Assembly (NCBI RefSeq): GCF_038025025.1
Contig: NW_027117345.1
Coordinates: 434,001-498,000 of the forward strand
Length of the DNA: 64,000 nt
Origin: Phyllosticta citribraziliensis
Lineage: Eukaryota
Direction: 5' to 3'
Of this stretch, positions 24,282 through 35,232 are shown piece by piece. The position numbers were made by a program, and so were the translations under genes. Numbering within the stretch: the stretch's first letter is position 1; each line of letters starts with the position of its first letter. Under the pieces are notes generated by a model that was given only the letters and a program-made list of their open reading frames with translations, was not told the DNA's origin and ran no database searches.

Positions 24282-25941
24282 ATGGCTTCCAATCAGTCTT
24301 CGCACCCGTTTACCTGCAACACCTGCCAGGTCGCCTTTCGCGCCAGCGAACTGCAGCGCGCCCACATGCAGACCGACTGGCAGTGAGTGATTTTCCGCTA
24401 CACATTTGTTTTTGTCTCTCCATCGCTGACCGCTCCCTTCCAAGCCGCTACAACCTGAAGCGTAGAGTTGCCTCGCTGCCTCCTCTCTCGTCCGAAATTT
24501 TTGCCGAAAAAGTCCTTGCGAACAAGGCTTCTGCCGCCGCCACTGCCGCCAGGGCTCAATATGAAAAGTCGTGCGACGCCTGCCAAAAGACCTACTTTAG
24601 CGAAAATGCCTACGCAAACCACTTGAACAGTCAAAAGCACCGTCAAAATGTCGCGAGGGCTTCGCGGGGGGACGATGATGCTGCATCAGTCATGAGCTCG
24701 ACTTTTTCGCTTGGAGAAACTGTAGACTCCACCTCGACCGCGCTCCCAGACAGAGACACCGATTCCGAAGTATCCGAGGTTGTGGATGGTATTCAAAATG
24801 CTTCTCTGGGAGAAGGCTCGTCTGCAGACGCAGAGCAAGCAACAAAGACCGCCACCGTTACTGTCGACACCACTTCTGCCAAAATTGAGCCGCCAGCCGA
24901 AGTTGTCGACTGCCTGTTCTGCAACTTCCGCTCGCCAACTCGCGACCTCAACCTTGGCCATATGCAGCGCTTCCATGGCCTGTTTATTCCCGAGCAAGAG
25001 TACCTGGACGACCTCAGCGGTCTCCTCCGCTTTCTCTGGCGCAAGATTCACGAGTTCTGCCAGTGCCTCTACTGCAACAAGATCGTCTACACGGCAACGG
25101 GCATCCAAACCCACATGAGGGACCGCGGCCACTGCAAAATTGCTTACGAAGACGAGGACCAGATGCTTGAGATTGGCGAATACTACGACTTTACGCGCAC
25201 CTATTCCGACGACGAGGAAGGCTCTGTCACTGAGGGCGAGGACGGCGAGGGCGAGGATGGTTGGGAGACGGACAGCAGCGTCTCTGATGTGCCAACGGAC
25301 GAAATCACGTCTGTTCCCATTGATGATCGCTCGCACCGGTACGCCAAACTTGGACAACACCGCCACCACTCGCACGCAGATCCGCGCCCCCACAAGGCGG
25401 CTGACGGATACCACAGTCACGCGCACACGGGACCGAGAGCCGTCTACCATGACGAGTACGAAATGCACCTCCCGACGGGCCGCACTGCCGGACACCGCTC
25501 GCTGCGCCATTACTTCCGCCAGAACCTACGCAACTACCCGTCGGCTGCCGAGCGCGCCGAACGTCTGGCCATCGAGGAGGCGCAAGCCATGCGTAACGCA
25601 TCTTCTGGCGACGACGACGACGACGACGACGAGGCCGAGGGCGGTGTTCAATTGGAGCCCGGCCAAAGCCAGCTCGACCGCGGCAGAGGCCGCAACCGTG
25701 ACAGGCAGGTCGTGTCGCGTCCGGAAAGGGGCCTGGCCGGTGTCACCGACATCAAAAAGAGGGAAATCAGAGCAACCGAGCGAAGAGAAAACAAAAAGGC
25801 GCAGCGCGAGCAGGCGCGGGCCGAGTGGACAAAGAACAAGAAGGGCAACTTCCAAAAGCACTTCAGGGTAAGTCTGAACAGCCATCTCATCATAAAAACA
25901 ATTCGCCAGCTAACAATCAACAGGATCCGCTTCTCCAGTGA
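24282..25941 (+). CDS. REI1: Cytoplasmic pre-60S factor, C2H2 zinc-finger (Rei1/ZNF622)
   Basis: FTCNTCQVAF...HMQTDWH/RYNLKRRVASLPP, CLFC..HM..FHG, CLYC..HMRDRGHC, GHRSLRHYFRQNL, terminal QKHFRDPLLQ; introns starting at 24383 and 25868. Confidence 0.93.
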
Positions 25942-26989
25942 TCGACTCGCGTCATGGGAAAGGGTTTTTCTCGACTTTCTCTTTGGCGTTGGGCTGTTAC
26001 TACTTCTTGCATGTTCCAGAATCACGCGTTGCATGTCTCGGGCGCCGACTTTGCACGTGGGTGGGTGAAGAAAAAAGCCAGGCAGAGCGTCCCCATTTCC
26101 TTCTCTCTTTGAGTGGGTGAAGAAGGGGACGCGGGTAGATGCATGGCCAGGTGAAGAACAGGACGTGGTGTTTCCCAGGGCCTGTCTATACATTTATCTT
26201 CCTTGCGCAAAATAAACGAGGATTGCTGCTGTTACCAGACCACGTACCTTTGTCTTGTTCTCAGTGATGTTTGGTTTGTCTCACTTCTTCCTGTCGCGCC
26301 TCGGCTTGTATTTCCTCTACCCCCTGAGTTTGCAAGGGACCCCCTCTCCGTGTGGGCTGCTTTGACGTCACGAACACCACTCACGTTTGCTGGCTCCATG
26401 AGCATGTCGGTCTTGTACTTGCTGTTACCATAAATCGCTAGCCCACACTACACACTTCTATCCACCTATCTTATCAATCTCATGGGAAAAGAAGAAGAAT
26501 GGCGCGATGCGCATGCGTAGAAGAAGCATCTTGTCTTCATCCACTCTCCGTCTTTACCGGCCGGACAGAATGACAAGTCTATGATCATGTATCTTGCCTA
26601 CTCGTTCGCTCTATGCCTACATCCATCCTTCCACTAAATTAGATTGACACGAGTGATTGGTTGATGTTTTCGTCTGGTCTTGCCTTGTCTTCACGAGAAA
26701 AGAGAAAAGGGAAAAAAAGGAAAGAGAGAAAAACGCCAAAATGAACAATCGCGCTTCTACTCAACCTATCCTTATACGCAATTCGCTCCCCACATCCCTC
26801 ATTCAACGCATCCCACTGCCGCCGTCGCCGCCGCTATTGAATACCCACCTCCTTCCCACCCAACACCCCCCAACACCACCCACACCCACCATCCACCACC
26901 ATCCAACCCAACCCTCAAAATCCAAAGCCCAAAACAAACCTCCTCCAACCACTCTCCCCTCCACCCAACCAAAACAACAAAAACAAAAG

Positions 26990-27081
26990 AGCAGCGACCC
27001 GGGATCGAACCGGGGACCTCGGGATGGGATGCTGTATCTCAGACACTGCAATCCTACACTCTACCACTGAGCTACCGCTGC
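26990..27081 (-). tRNA. tRNA-Cys(GCA) with 20-nt intron (27026..27045)
   Basis: Cloverleaf: acceptor GCAGCGG/TCGCTGC, D-arm GCTC-AGTGGTA-GAGT, anticodon GCA at 27047..27049, T-arm CCCGG-TTCGATC-CCGGG, discriminator U, downstream T-run. Confidence 0.93.
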
Positions 27082-28183
27082 TTGATGGAAAAAGGCCTCA
27101 ATTGCAGACATTATGAATGTGTAATATTGTGATTCTTTGGGGTGGAGAGGGTGGTGGAGGGAGAGGGATGGGAGGGATGTCTGGCGGGGAACGGGTGGTG
27201 GTGGGATGGTCGTGAGAGGGGGGCTAAGGGGAGGGGAGGGCATATGGGGGCTGAGTTGGCTGGCTGGGGAGGGGGGGGACGGGAGGGAGGGCGAAGATGT
27301 GGTGGAGAAGAAGGAGTGTGGTGATGATTGTGTTGTATTGTGTACCTATCTTACATGCAGCTAGCGTTGTCATCGCGGGCAGCTCACCAACTCCACCGCG
27401 CCTATCATCAACAATTTCCTCGAGCACCCAAAGTACATGTACTCAGCTAGATAACTCAATTGACGCAACGACGCGCGATCCTGCCAAGCTGCGCTGCATG
27501 CATGCAGTTGGCGGGGCTTAAAAGTGTGTGGAGGGCAAGCAAGTAGCGTCCGTGAAAGGTTGACCATTTTTCCTCGTGCGCACAGCAAGCTACAGTACAT
27601 GTACCCATCTGTCCGCATGGACTTTTTTTGTCAATCCGTCGACGTCGATACAAGATTTGAGGCGAAAGGGTTGGAAGAAAGAGAAAGGACTCGAAGCGCA
27701 ACTACAGTGGTAACAAATGCACCATATGCGCTCTCACATCGCCAGAAAGTCTCAATTCTTTCGACACCCACCACTGTGGTGCGGCTATGCAGAAGGAGGA
27801 GGACCCGAAGACTGAGACGCCTTGCTATGCCCCGTGGTATAAAATGACGCGCAAAACAAGGACAACACAGTCCAACGAGAGAAACGAAAAAGAAAAAAAG
27901 AGCGCTAGGACAATATGTACAGCGGAGAAAAAAGATCAGGATCTATGAATGAACGCAGTGGATCAAGAGAATTCGTAAAGCGGGGGCAGGTGAAGAAAAT
28001 ATATGCAACAGCGCCTCACCCGTGCGACAGACAAAGACGACAGTTGGTAGGTATCCCATTCGTTGTGCATTCATTGAACCGTGGTAGGTAGGTGGGTGGG
28101 TAGGTAGGATGATGATAAAATCAGACTCTGGGGGGTATCAAGCAGAATTTCACAACCAATCGGTGCGCTGTGGAGCCATTTCC

Positions 28184-29641
28184 CTAGACCATTTCCACGT
28201 AGTTGCTGCAGCTGGTGTTAGCATTGTGGCAGATGACTCGAATGGAGCGGCGCGTACCTTGGGAAAATTCCCTCCCGGCCTCCGATCTTTCCGGTCCACC
28301 AATCCGTTTCGTTCTCTGTCCGCTTAGTGACTTCGATGATGTCACCCTTTTTGAAGCCCAGGTCGCCCGGTTGGTCGGGGTCGAATGTGAATTTGGCAAT
28401 GGCTTGGTTGGGGCCCAGCATCGATTTCCTAAATTGAGGCTTGGGCGCCGTTGGCCTGGCTGGACCGACCTTTTTGCTTCCGTAATAGTCGCCGGTACTG
28501 ACAGCACGGTTGCGTCTGTCCAGGTTGTCAAAGGTTTCGTTGGGGTTTGCGCGGGTGGAAAAGGATCGGTTGATGCCAGTGTTTTGAGGTGATGGGCGGT
28601 CGTACACGTCGTCCGTCCAGGTAGAGGAGCGAGAAGGCGGGCCGAACTCATTGTTGGTGGATCCAGTGCGGTGGCCGCGGACGCCTTCTCCGTATGCTGA
28701 GCCGCGGCGTCCCTGCCAAACCACGTCTTCGTGAGAAGAATCGTAGATGGGCATGTCGTTGTACATGGCATCCGACGCAGGAGCTCCACCAGCCGCGCCG
28801 GCAAAGACGCGCGAGTTGAGAACACGCATCAGGGGGTCGGCTGCCGGAGGGACTGGGACGTTGCCTTCGAGGAGTTGTCGCGCCGTAATCCTGCGGCCGT
28901 AGAGCTTCTCGTTGGCGTCGCGGCGCTCAATGAGGACGCTACCCTCCAAACTGACACCGGCAAAGAGACCCTTGGTCTTTGAGTATGCAAACACGCCGGC
29001 GACGCCCTTCAAGCTTGCTGCGCCAGCTGCTTCGGCATTGCGACCCACGGGTCCGGCGGCAATTGACACGTTGCCGCCCAGAGTCAGCGAGCCGGCCTGG
29101 GAAAATGTTCGCACAGCCGAGGCATCGTTGAGGATGAAGACAAAGTCGGTCAACTCAAAACCAATCTGGCCACCGAATCCTCCTCCAACGGTTCCAATGG
29201 CGGAGGGCGCTGACCAGCTGCCGTCTGGGAGACGCGCGACGACGATGCCAGAGCCGAAACGACCGGAGCCGAGGAAGCCAGCCTTGAAGACGGTCAAGAC
29301 TGCGAGACCCTACCGAAAGAGCAAATGTTAGACGTGGCTTATGGAGTTGTGCAAGGGCGCGAGAGCCGTGGCGGTCGAGCGGGGAGTGGCGTGTGAGACA
29401 TACTTTGGCATTGGCGAGGACCTGCGGGGGAATGATCTTATCTGGACCAAAAGACTGACGGGGGTCGACGAAGGAGGCGAGGATTTTACCCGTCTTCTTG
29501 ATTTCACCTGCAATGCAGATTCAGGCGTCAGCGTGGGGCGACGTCATCGGTTGAATTGAGGCGGCCGAGGACGGCGGGGGCTGGGGAGAAGAACTTACTG
29601 CCGACGGACGAGGGCAGAGGGTTGTGGATACCGAGCGGCAT
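28184..29641 (-). CDS. YSC84: SH3YL1/Ysc84/Lsb3 actin-binding protein (YAB/SYLF domain plus C-terminal SH3)
   Basis: MPLGIHNPLPSS start; KAGFLGSGRFGSG, GGQIGFELTDFVFILN, YSKTKGLFAGVSLEG; SH3 DLGFKKGDII...WWTG...GIFP. Confidence 0.93.
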
Positions 29642-30288
29642 TCTCGAGAGGGAGGCGAGGTGAAGAGGGAGGGCGATTTGGGGAGGACTCGAGGGATGGG
29701 GTGGGAGACGTTGAGGATGAGGTTGGGTGACGAGCGGGCGGTGTTCTGGTCAGCGGGTACATAGCGTTCCTAATAAGCAAACCATCCGCGAGAGCCGGCT
29801 GCTGGGTGGCAGCGCAGCGCCACGGCCTCAGCCCCGATATTGCGACCACAACACCAGTCCATGTCTGTCAGCATCAAACCCTCACTCGTGTCCGCGATGA
29901 CTTTTCGCCGGCCTGCGTCATCCATCTTGGCGACAAGGTTAACTTTGCGCCCGCGGCGCCGAGCCTGAACCGTCTTTGACCTGATGAAGCTGAGCGCCAG
30001 CCGGCCACCGCTGGCGCCCGAGTGTCCGCCTCTTCTGCATGACCGCGGCAGCTCACGGCGACCAACCAGTGCACCGCATCTCTGCCATCTGCTGCAGTAT
30101 TCAGCAACTACCTTACCTGCTCCAATCTCCAGCTCTGTCGCAACCGCTCCCTACTTCAAGGCGCCGTGCCATGAGCTGCCGCATACGACTCAAGATGCGG
30201 GGCATGGCTGACTCCGCATCTCAGCAAGCCCCAGAGATATAAAGAACATGAAGAAGGATGGCTTGCCATACCAAGCACACCTGTCACC

Positions 30289-31200
30289 ATGACCAACCCA
30301 GTCGCCGTCGTCACTGGTGCGTCCTCGGGCATAGGGCTGGCTCTGACCCAGCACCTTGTCTCCAAAGCCTGGCACGTTGTTCTGCTGGATCTCAAACCTC
30401 CACCACGCTCTGCCTCACTTCCAAATGACGCGACTCTGTTTGTCCAATGCGACGTCTCTTCGTGGTCCTCTCAGTCAAGCGCATTTGCCCGCGCATTCGA
30501 ATGGCGCAAGCGCGTCGATTTTGCCGCTCTCAACGCCGGCATTGATGACCGCGACGACATTTTCAACACGCTTCCGTCGACCAATGGCTCCTCCGCGCCG
30601 CCGCTGCCCACCAGGCCTAACATGAAGACTCTTGAGGTGGATCTCTTTGGTGTCTACTATGGCATCAAGCTCTTTGCGCACTACGCCTCGCTCTCGCCGT
30701 CCGCAAACAAGGACATAATCATCACTGCCTCCTCGGCCGCGCTCTACCCAATCCCTTCGGTCCCGCAGTACTCAACCGCCAAGCACGGTCTACTTGGCCT
30801 TGTGCGGTCACTGGCACCGAGCGCTGCGGCGCATGGCTTTACCATTAATGCCATTTGCCCGGACATGATCCAGACGGCTCTGGCTCCCGAGGGACTCATG
30901 GAGAGGTATCCGAATGATGCCAAGACGCCCATGGTGACCATGCTGCGGGCGTACGACGACTTGCTTGGACCTTCATCCGGCGGAGCGGAGAAAAAGAATG
31001 GACAGGTGCTCGAAGTCGTGATGGACCAGCTCATATATCGAGAGGGACTGAAGCCGCTAAACAAGAAGCAAGGCGCAGAAAATCTGGAAGGAGTTCTGGA
31101 GTTGTGGGAAAATGTCTATCGCGACAGAAACATTGCATTTGCGAGGAAAACGGAGGAACAAGAGCGGGCAAAGATTGCGAGAGCGAGCGGGAAGCTGTAG
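30289..31200 (+). CDS. Short-chain dehydrogenase/reductase (15-hydroxyprostaglandin dehydrogenase-like), C-terminal GKL
   Basis: TGASSGIG, LNAG, catalytic YSTAK; intronless 303 aa; TATAAA at 30238..30243. Confidence 0.9.
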   Translation: MTNPVAVVTGASSGIGLALTQHLVSKAWHVVLLDLKPPPRSASLPNDATLFVQCDVSSWSSQSSAFARAFEWRKRVDFAALNAGIDDRDDIFNTLPSTNGSSAPPLPTRPNMKTLEVDLFGVYYGIKLFAHYASLSPSANKDIIITASSAALYPIPSVPQYSTAKHGLLGLVRSLAPSAAAHGFTINAICPDMIQTALAPEGLMERYPNDAKTPMVTMLRAYDDLLGPSSGGAEKKNGQVLEVVMDQLIYREGLKPLNKKQGAENLEGVLELWENVYRDRNIAFARKTEEQERAKIARASGKL

Positions 31201-33145
31201 GACGACAAACCGAGGAAAGCCAAAGAAAAGCGGCAGTTTCCAGACTGTCCAGAAGTCAAGTCGTCCCCGAATTCATCGACCGGACTCGGCCATTTCCCAA
31301 TCCAAGCCAGCCCGGGGGTTCGACAGCCAATAACAGCAGCAAGTAGCGGCAACCAATGACAGACCAAGGCTCGAAAGCAGGGTCCAGTTCAGCCCAGGCA
31401 CGCAGGCACCCACTCTTCACCCACTCCCGTCCGCAACGCCAACGCCCTAAACCCTACGCACGGATCAGGATCGTGAAGTGGTGCCCGCCGTGCCGTGCCC
31501 GCCGCGGGAGCCCCCGCCCGCTCGGCGGTGCCGCCGTGGTCCTGGTCCTGGTCCTGGTGGAGTGGAGCCCTCCCTCCTTGCTCTCATCATCAGCCCAGCC
31601 CGTCGGCAAGGCTGGCTCCTGGATCCATATCTCTCCTGTTCCTGGCTGTAAATCATCCTCTGGCGCCAATAATCTGGGGTTCGCACTACCGATTCGTCTG
31701 TTCTCTCGTCTCCACTCCGCCTCACTTTTGCCTCGGCCGGCCGGGTCTCGTTGCTCAATCGCCCTCGACTCAGGTCGTCCGGACGGGACCCACCTCACGA
31801 TAACCGGCCGGCTGGGGCGAGCGAGCGGGCAGGCGAATGTCTTTTCTCGTGGCGGACAACGCCATGGAGTTTTCAATCCTTCTTCGTTCGGAGCTGCCTC
31901 TGTCCTGTCCCGCCGCGGTCGACGCCTCGTTGCTCTCTCTTCACCTTCTCTCAGAAAGGTGCGATTTGGCACGGCAGGATGCCAGGCCAGTTCGCACACG
32001 CAATGCAGCGCTGTACTCTATGTAGACACTGTTTCTCTACTTCGCCGAATCCAGTACTTCCTGTTGTTCACACCGAACCATTGCTCGTGCCTCCTCTTCC
32101 TCGTCTCCTTCTCTTCGCCACTTGCCGTCGATTCTTGCCACAGTGCCACTTTCCATCCATTCCCGCGCCGCTCATCCCGTCTCGTCGTCTCTTCAAGTCG
32201 GTGTGCGTCACTTGTGTCCCTCTTGGTGCCTGCCCGCGAAGGCCAACTCGGCTCAAACGAGTTTGTCTTCGTTTCTGCGTCCAGACACCTTCAAGCAGGC
32301 TCTGCCCACGCTGATGAATCGGCACCACAGCCAGCCACCCAATCTGCTCTCCGAACGGCCATGCAAGCGGCGGCGTTCGATGGTGTTTCGTCAATCAGCT
32401 CCGTCCCCTGTGGTGTTGCTGCCATGCGAACCAGTGTCGCCGCAAACGCAGAGGCAATGCACTCTGGCCACAAGCCCTTTTGATAGACTCCAAAGAGTTG
32501 GAGATGAACACGCCGAAGATGTCCAGTCCACTCTGCATCCCCAAACCGTTCAGGGGAGTATTCGCTGTCCAAGTCACACAGACATGTCAACACTGCGACT
32601 TGGATGAAGATTGAAATCGTGATAAAATTTCCCATAAGAGCGAACATCCGCAAGTCGCCATATTTCGACGTTTTCCACTTTTCCCTTTCTCTCTCTAACA
32701 AAAAAGCCAAAAAATCTAATTACTTCGCTTGAACGAGACAGAGACAGAGACATAGGTACTCCAACGCCCGCCTCCAGCCGACAAATTCCAGAAAAGATGC
32801 CGCTCTTTCCTCCGCCGGTCTAATCTGCTGATTCCAAAAATAATAAAACAGCATAACATGCTTCTATGATTCCTGTCGATCGTGTCCCAACGATAAAAGA
32901 AATCTAAAGACGTAAAGAGAAAAGATAACGCCGTAGTTTTTGAGAGATGCTGGAAGATGTGAGATCTAGATGGGTGGGTCTTTTGTGCTTCTCCCGAGAT
33001 CTCTGTTAGAGATGGGGAGAGGGAGAGGGTATATGCAGTTGACGCGTGCATGACAACATCGTCATCGACAACGGATTACGGGTGAAAATGGCAAAAGCGA
33101 GTCATGACAAAGCAACCCCGTGGCGGGCAGCAAAGCGCCGCTCGC

Positions 33146-34352
33146 TTACCACAGGGTGTAGCCGCCGTCGATGATGTTGTTGGAGCCGGTCATGAAGTTG
33201 GAGGCGGGGCTGGCCAGGTAGACGGCGAGGTTGTTGAGGTCGTCGACGGCGCCGAGGCGCTTCTGGGGCGTGTTCTCGATCCAGATCTTCTTCTGGGCGT
33301 CGAGGGCGGGGACGCGGTTGAGGGCCGTGTCCATGTAACCGGGGGAGATGGCGTTGACGCGGATGCCGTGGCGGGCCCACTCGGTGGCCAGCGACTTTGT
33401 GAGCTGCACGACGCCCGCCTTGGACGCGTTGTAGCACGACTGCTCCTGCGGGTAGTTGACGATGGAGCCCGACATGGACGCCACCAGGATGATGCTGCCG
33501 CCCTGCTTGGACAGGATCATCTTGCGGCCGACGGCCTGCGCCACGAGGAAGGCGCCCGTCAGGTTGATGTCGATGAGGCGGCGGAACATTTCCGTGTCGT
33601 ACGTCTCGGCCTTGATGTTGGAGCTGGAGTCGGCGTGTTAGGGCTGGAGAGAAGGAGTCAGGGGGAAGCAGGCAACTTACTCGGCGATACCGGCGGCGTT
33701 GAGGAGCACGTCAATCTGGCCGTAGTGGTCGTTGATGTCCTCGACGGCCTGGGTGATGGCGTCACCGTCGCGGACGTCAACCTGGTAGAAGCGGACGTCG
33801 ACGCCCGTCTGCTCCGAGAGCTCGCGGGCAGCCTCCTCGCCCAGCGGCTTCTGCACGTCCATGATGGCAATGCCACGGACACCGACCTCAGCGAGGGCTT
33901 GGGCCATGTTGAAGCCGAGACCACGGCCACCACTGTCCATGACGGTCAGCACATGGCGTTGGTTGAGAGATAAGAAACCGAGACAGGGGTAAGGCGTCAG
34001 GGATGACGGGACACGGCAAAACTCACCCAGTGACGACGGCAACCTTGCCGGGCAGGGTAAACTTCTTCAGGGTAGGGTTGAGTTGACTCAGGATGCTCGA
34101 GTCGAGGGGGAAGGCACGCTGCTTCTCGTCGGCACCGGACGGCGCGACGGGGCCGGTGCTGTGGGGCTCGACGGGAATCTCGACTTCCTGCCTGACGCCG
34201 TCCTTGTAGGTGACGGTGATGATCTTGCCGGCGCGCACCTCCTCGGCGTGCTCGACCTTGGAGCCCTGGTTGAAGAAGCGTGCGCCCTGGGCGGCGGCGC
34301 GGGGGACGGCGCGGCGGGCCGCGATGCGCGAGACGAGGTTGCGGGAGAGCAT
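33146..34352 (-). CDS. SDR, D-arabinitol dehydrogenase/sorbose reductase-like, with mitochondrial-type presequence
   Basis: VTG/GGRGLG across an intron, ASMSG, YNASK, NAISPGY, DGGYTLW; Arg/Ala-rich N-terminus MLSRNLVSRIAARRAVPRAAAQGARFF. Confidence 0.88.
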
Positions 34353-35170
34353 GGCGTTGATGTCTGGAGGGATTGAAAGAAGGTTTTGGTGGAGAGTTGT
34401 TGTCGTTGTATGTGTTCGGCGAAGGAGGGGACTAGTGGATAGTGGTTGGATTGGTACGAAAAGGAGACGCTTTTCCGCACGACAAGAAGGATGGATTGAT
34501 AGTACAAGAAGGTGGCCAGGCTGCGGCGACGGGGAGCGAGGAGGGCTTTTTATTGACAGGTTGGAGGCAGTGGATTATTCAGAGAGACGTGGCGGCAAGG
34601 CCACAACGCCTTCGCGCCTCCTGCCGTGGGAGCTGGTGGCAGCGGATGGAGACGAGAGCCGTCCAAGCTCCATAGCGGTCCACTGTTTCTACTTTGACGC
34701 GCCGTCAGTGCTCAGTGCTCACATCACCGACTCACCCAACGCCAACAGGCCCAGAATTCCACACCAACCCACCTCAGCTCCAGCCATCCGCCCTCCAGCC
34801 CCCCAGCCATGGACCATCCCATCGCATTGAATCGAGCCTGGCCGTCGGCATTCGCTGCTGCTACTCCTAGACGAGGCGCCGTTGATTGCTGACTCTGCTG
34901 GCCTGTCGCTCCATGCACGCTATCCAATTTTTGTCTCCAGTCGACGACGCGAAACCCACTTATGCGGATACTTTTGCGATGCGTGTAATTCGTGTCTAGT
35001 ATGTAAGCGCGGTTCCGTCGTGTCGGCATTGCGGCTCGCAGAACAGCCCGAGAGGCATGAGTGGAGGGTTGATGTCACAGTCCCACGCTTTCCGCCACCT
35101 GCGCAACCGCGACTTCATCAGGACGAGGACCCTGGGCCTGGGATCATGATTGATTGCCAGGCACTCCCTC

Positions 35171-35232
35171 CTCTGCTCTGCTCTGCTCTGCTCGGCTTCG
35201 CTTCCAAAGACCAGACCAGACCAGACCAGACC
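35171..35232. repeat. Pentanucleotide microsatellites (CTCTG)4 and (CCAGA)4
   Basis: Directly visible tandem repeats. Confidence 0.8.

Noticed and set aside
31356..32483. 375-aa ORF
   Set aside because: Ser/Arg/Leu-rich with no motifs or codon bias; reads like translated UTR sequence
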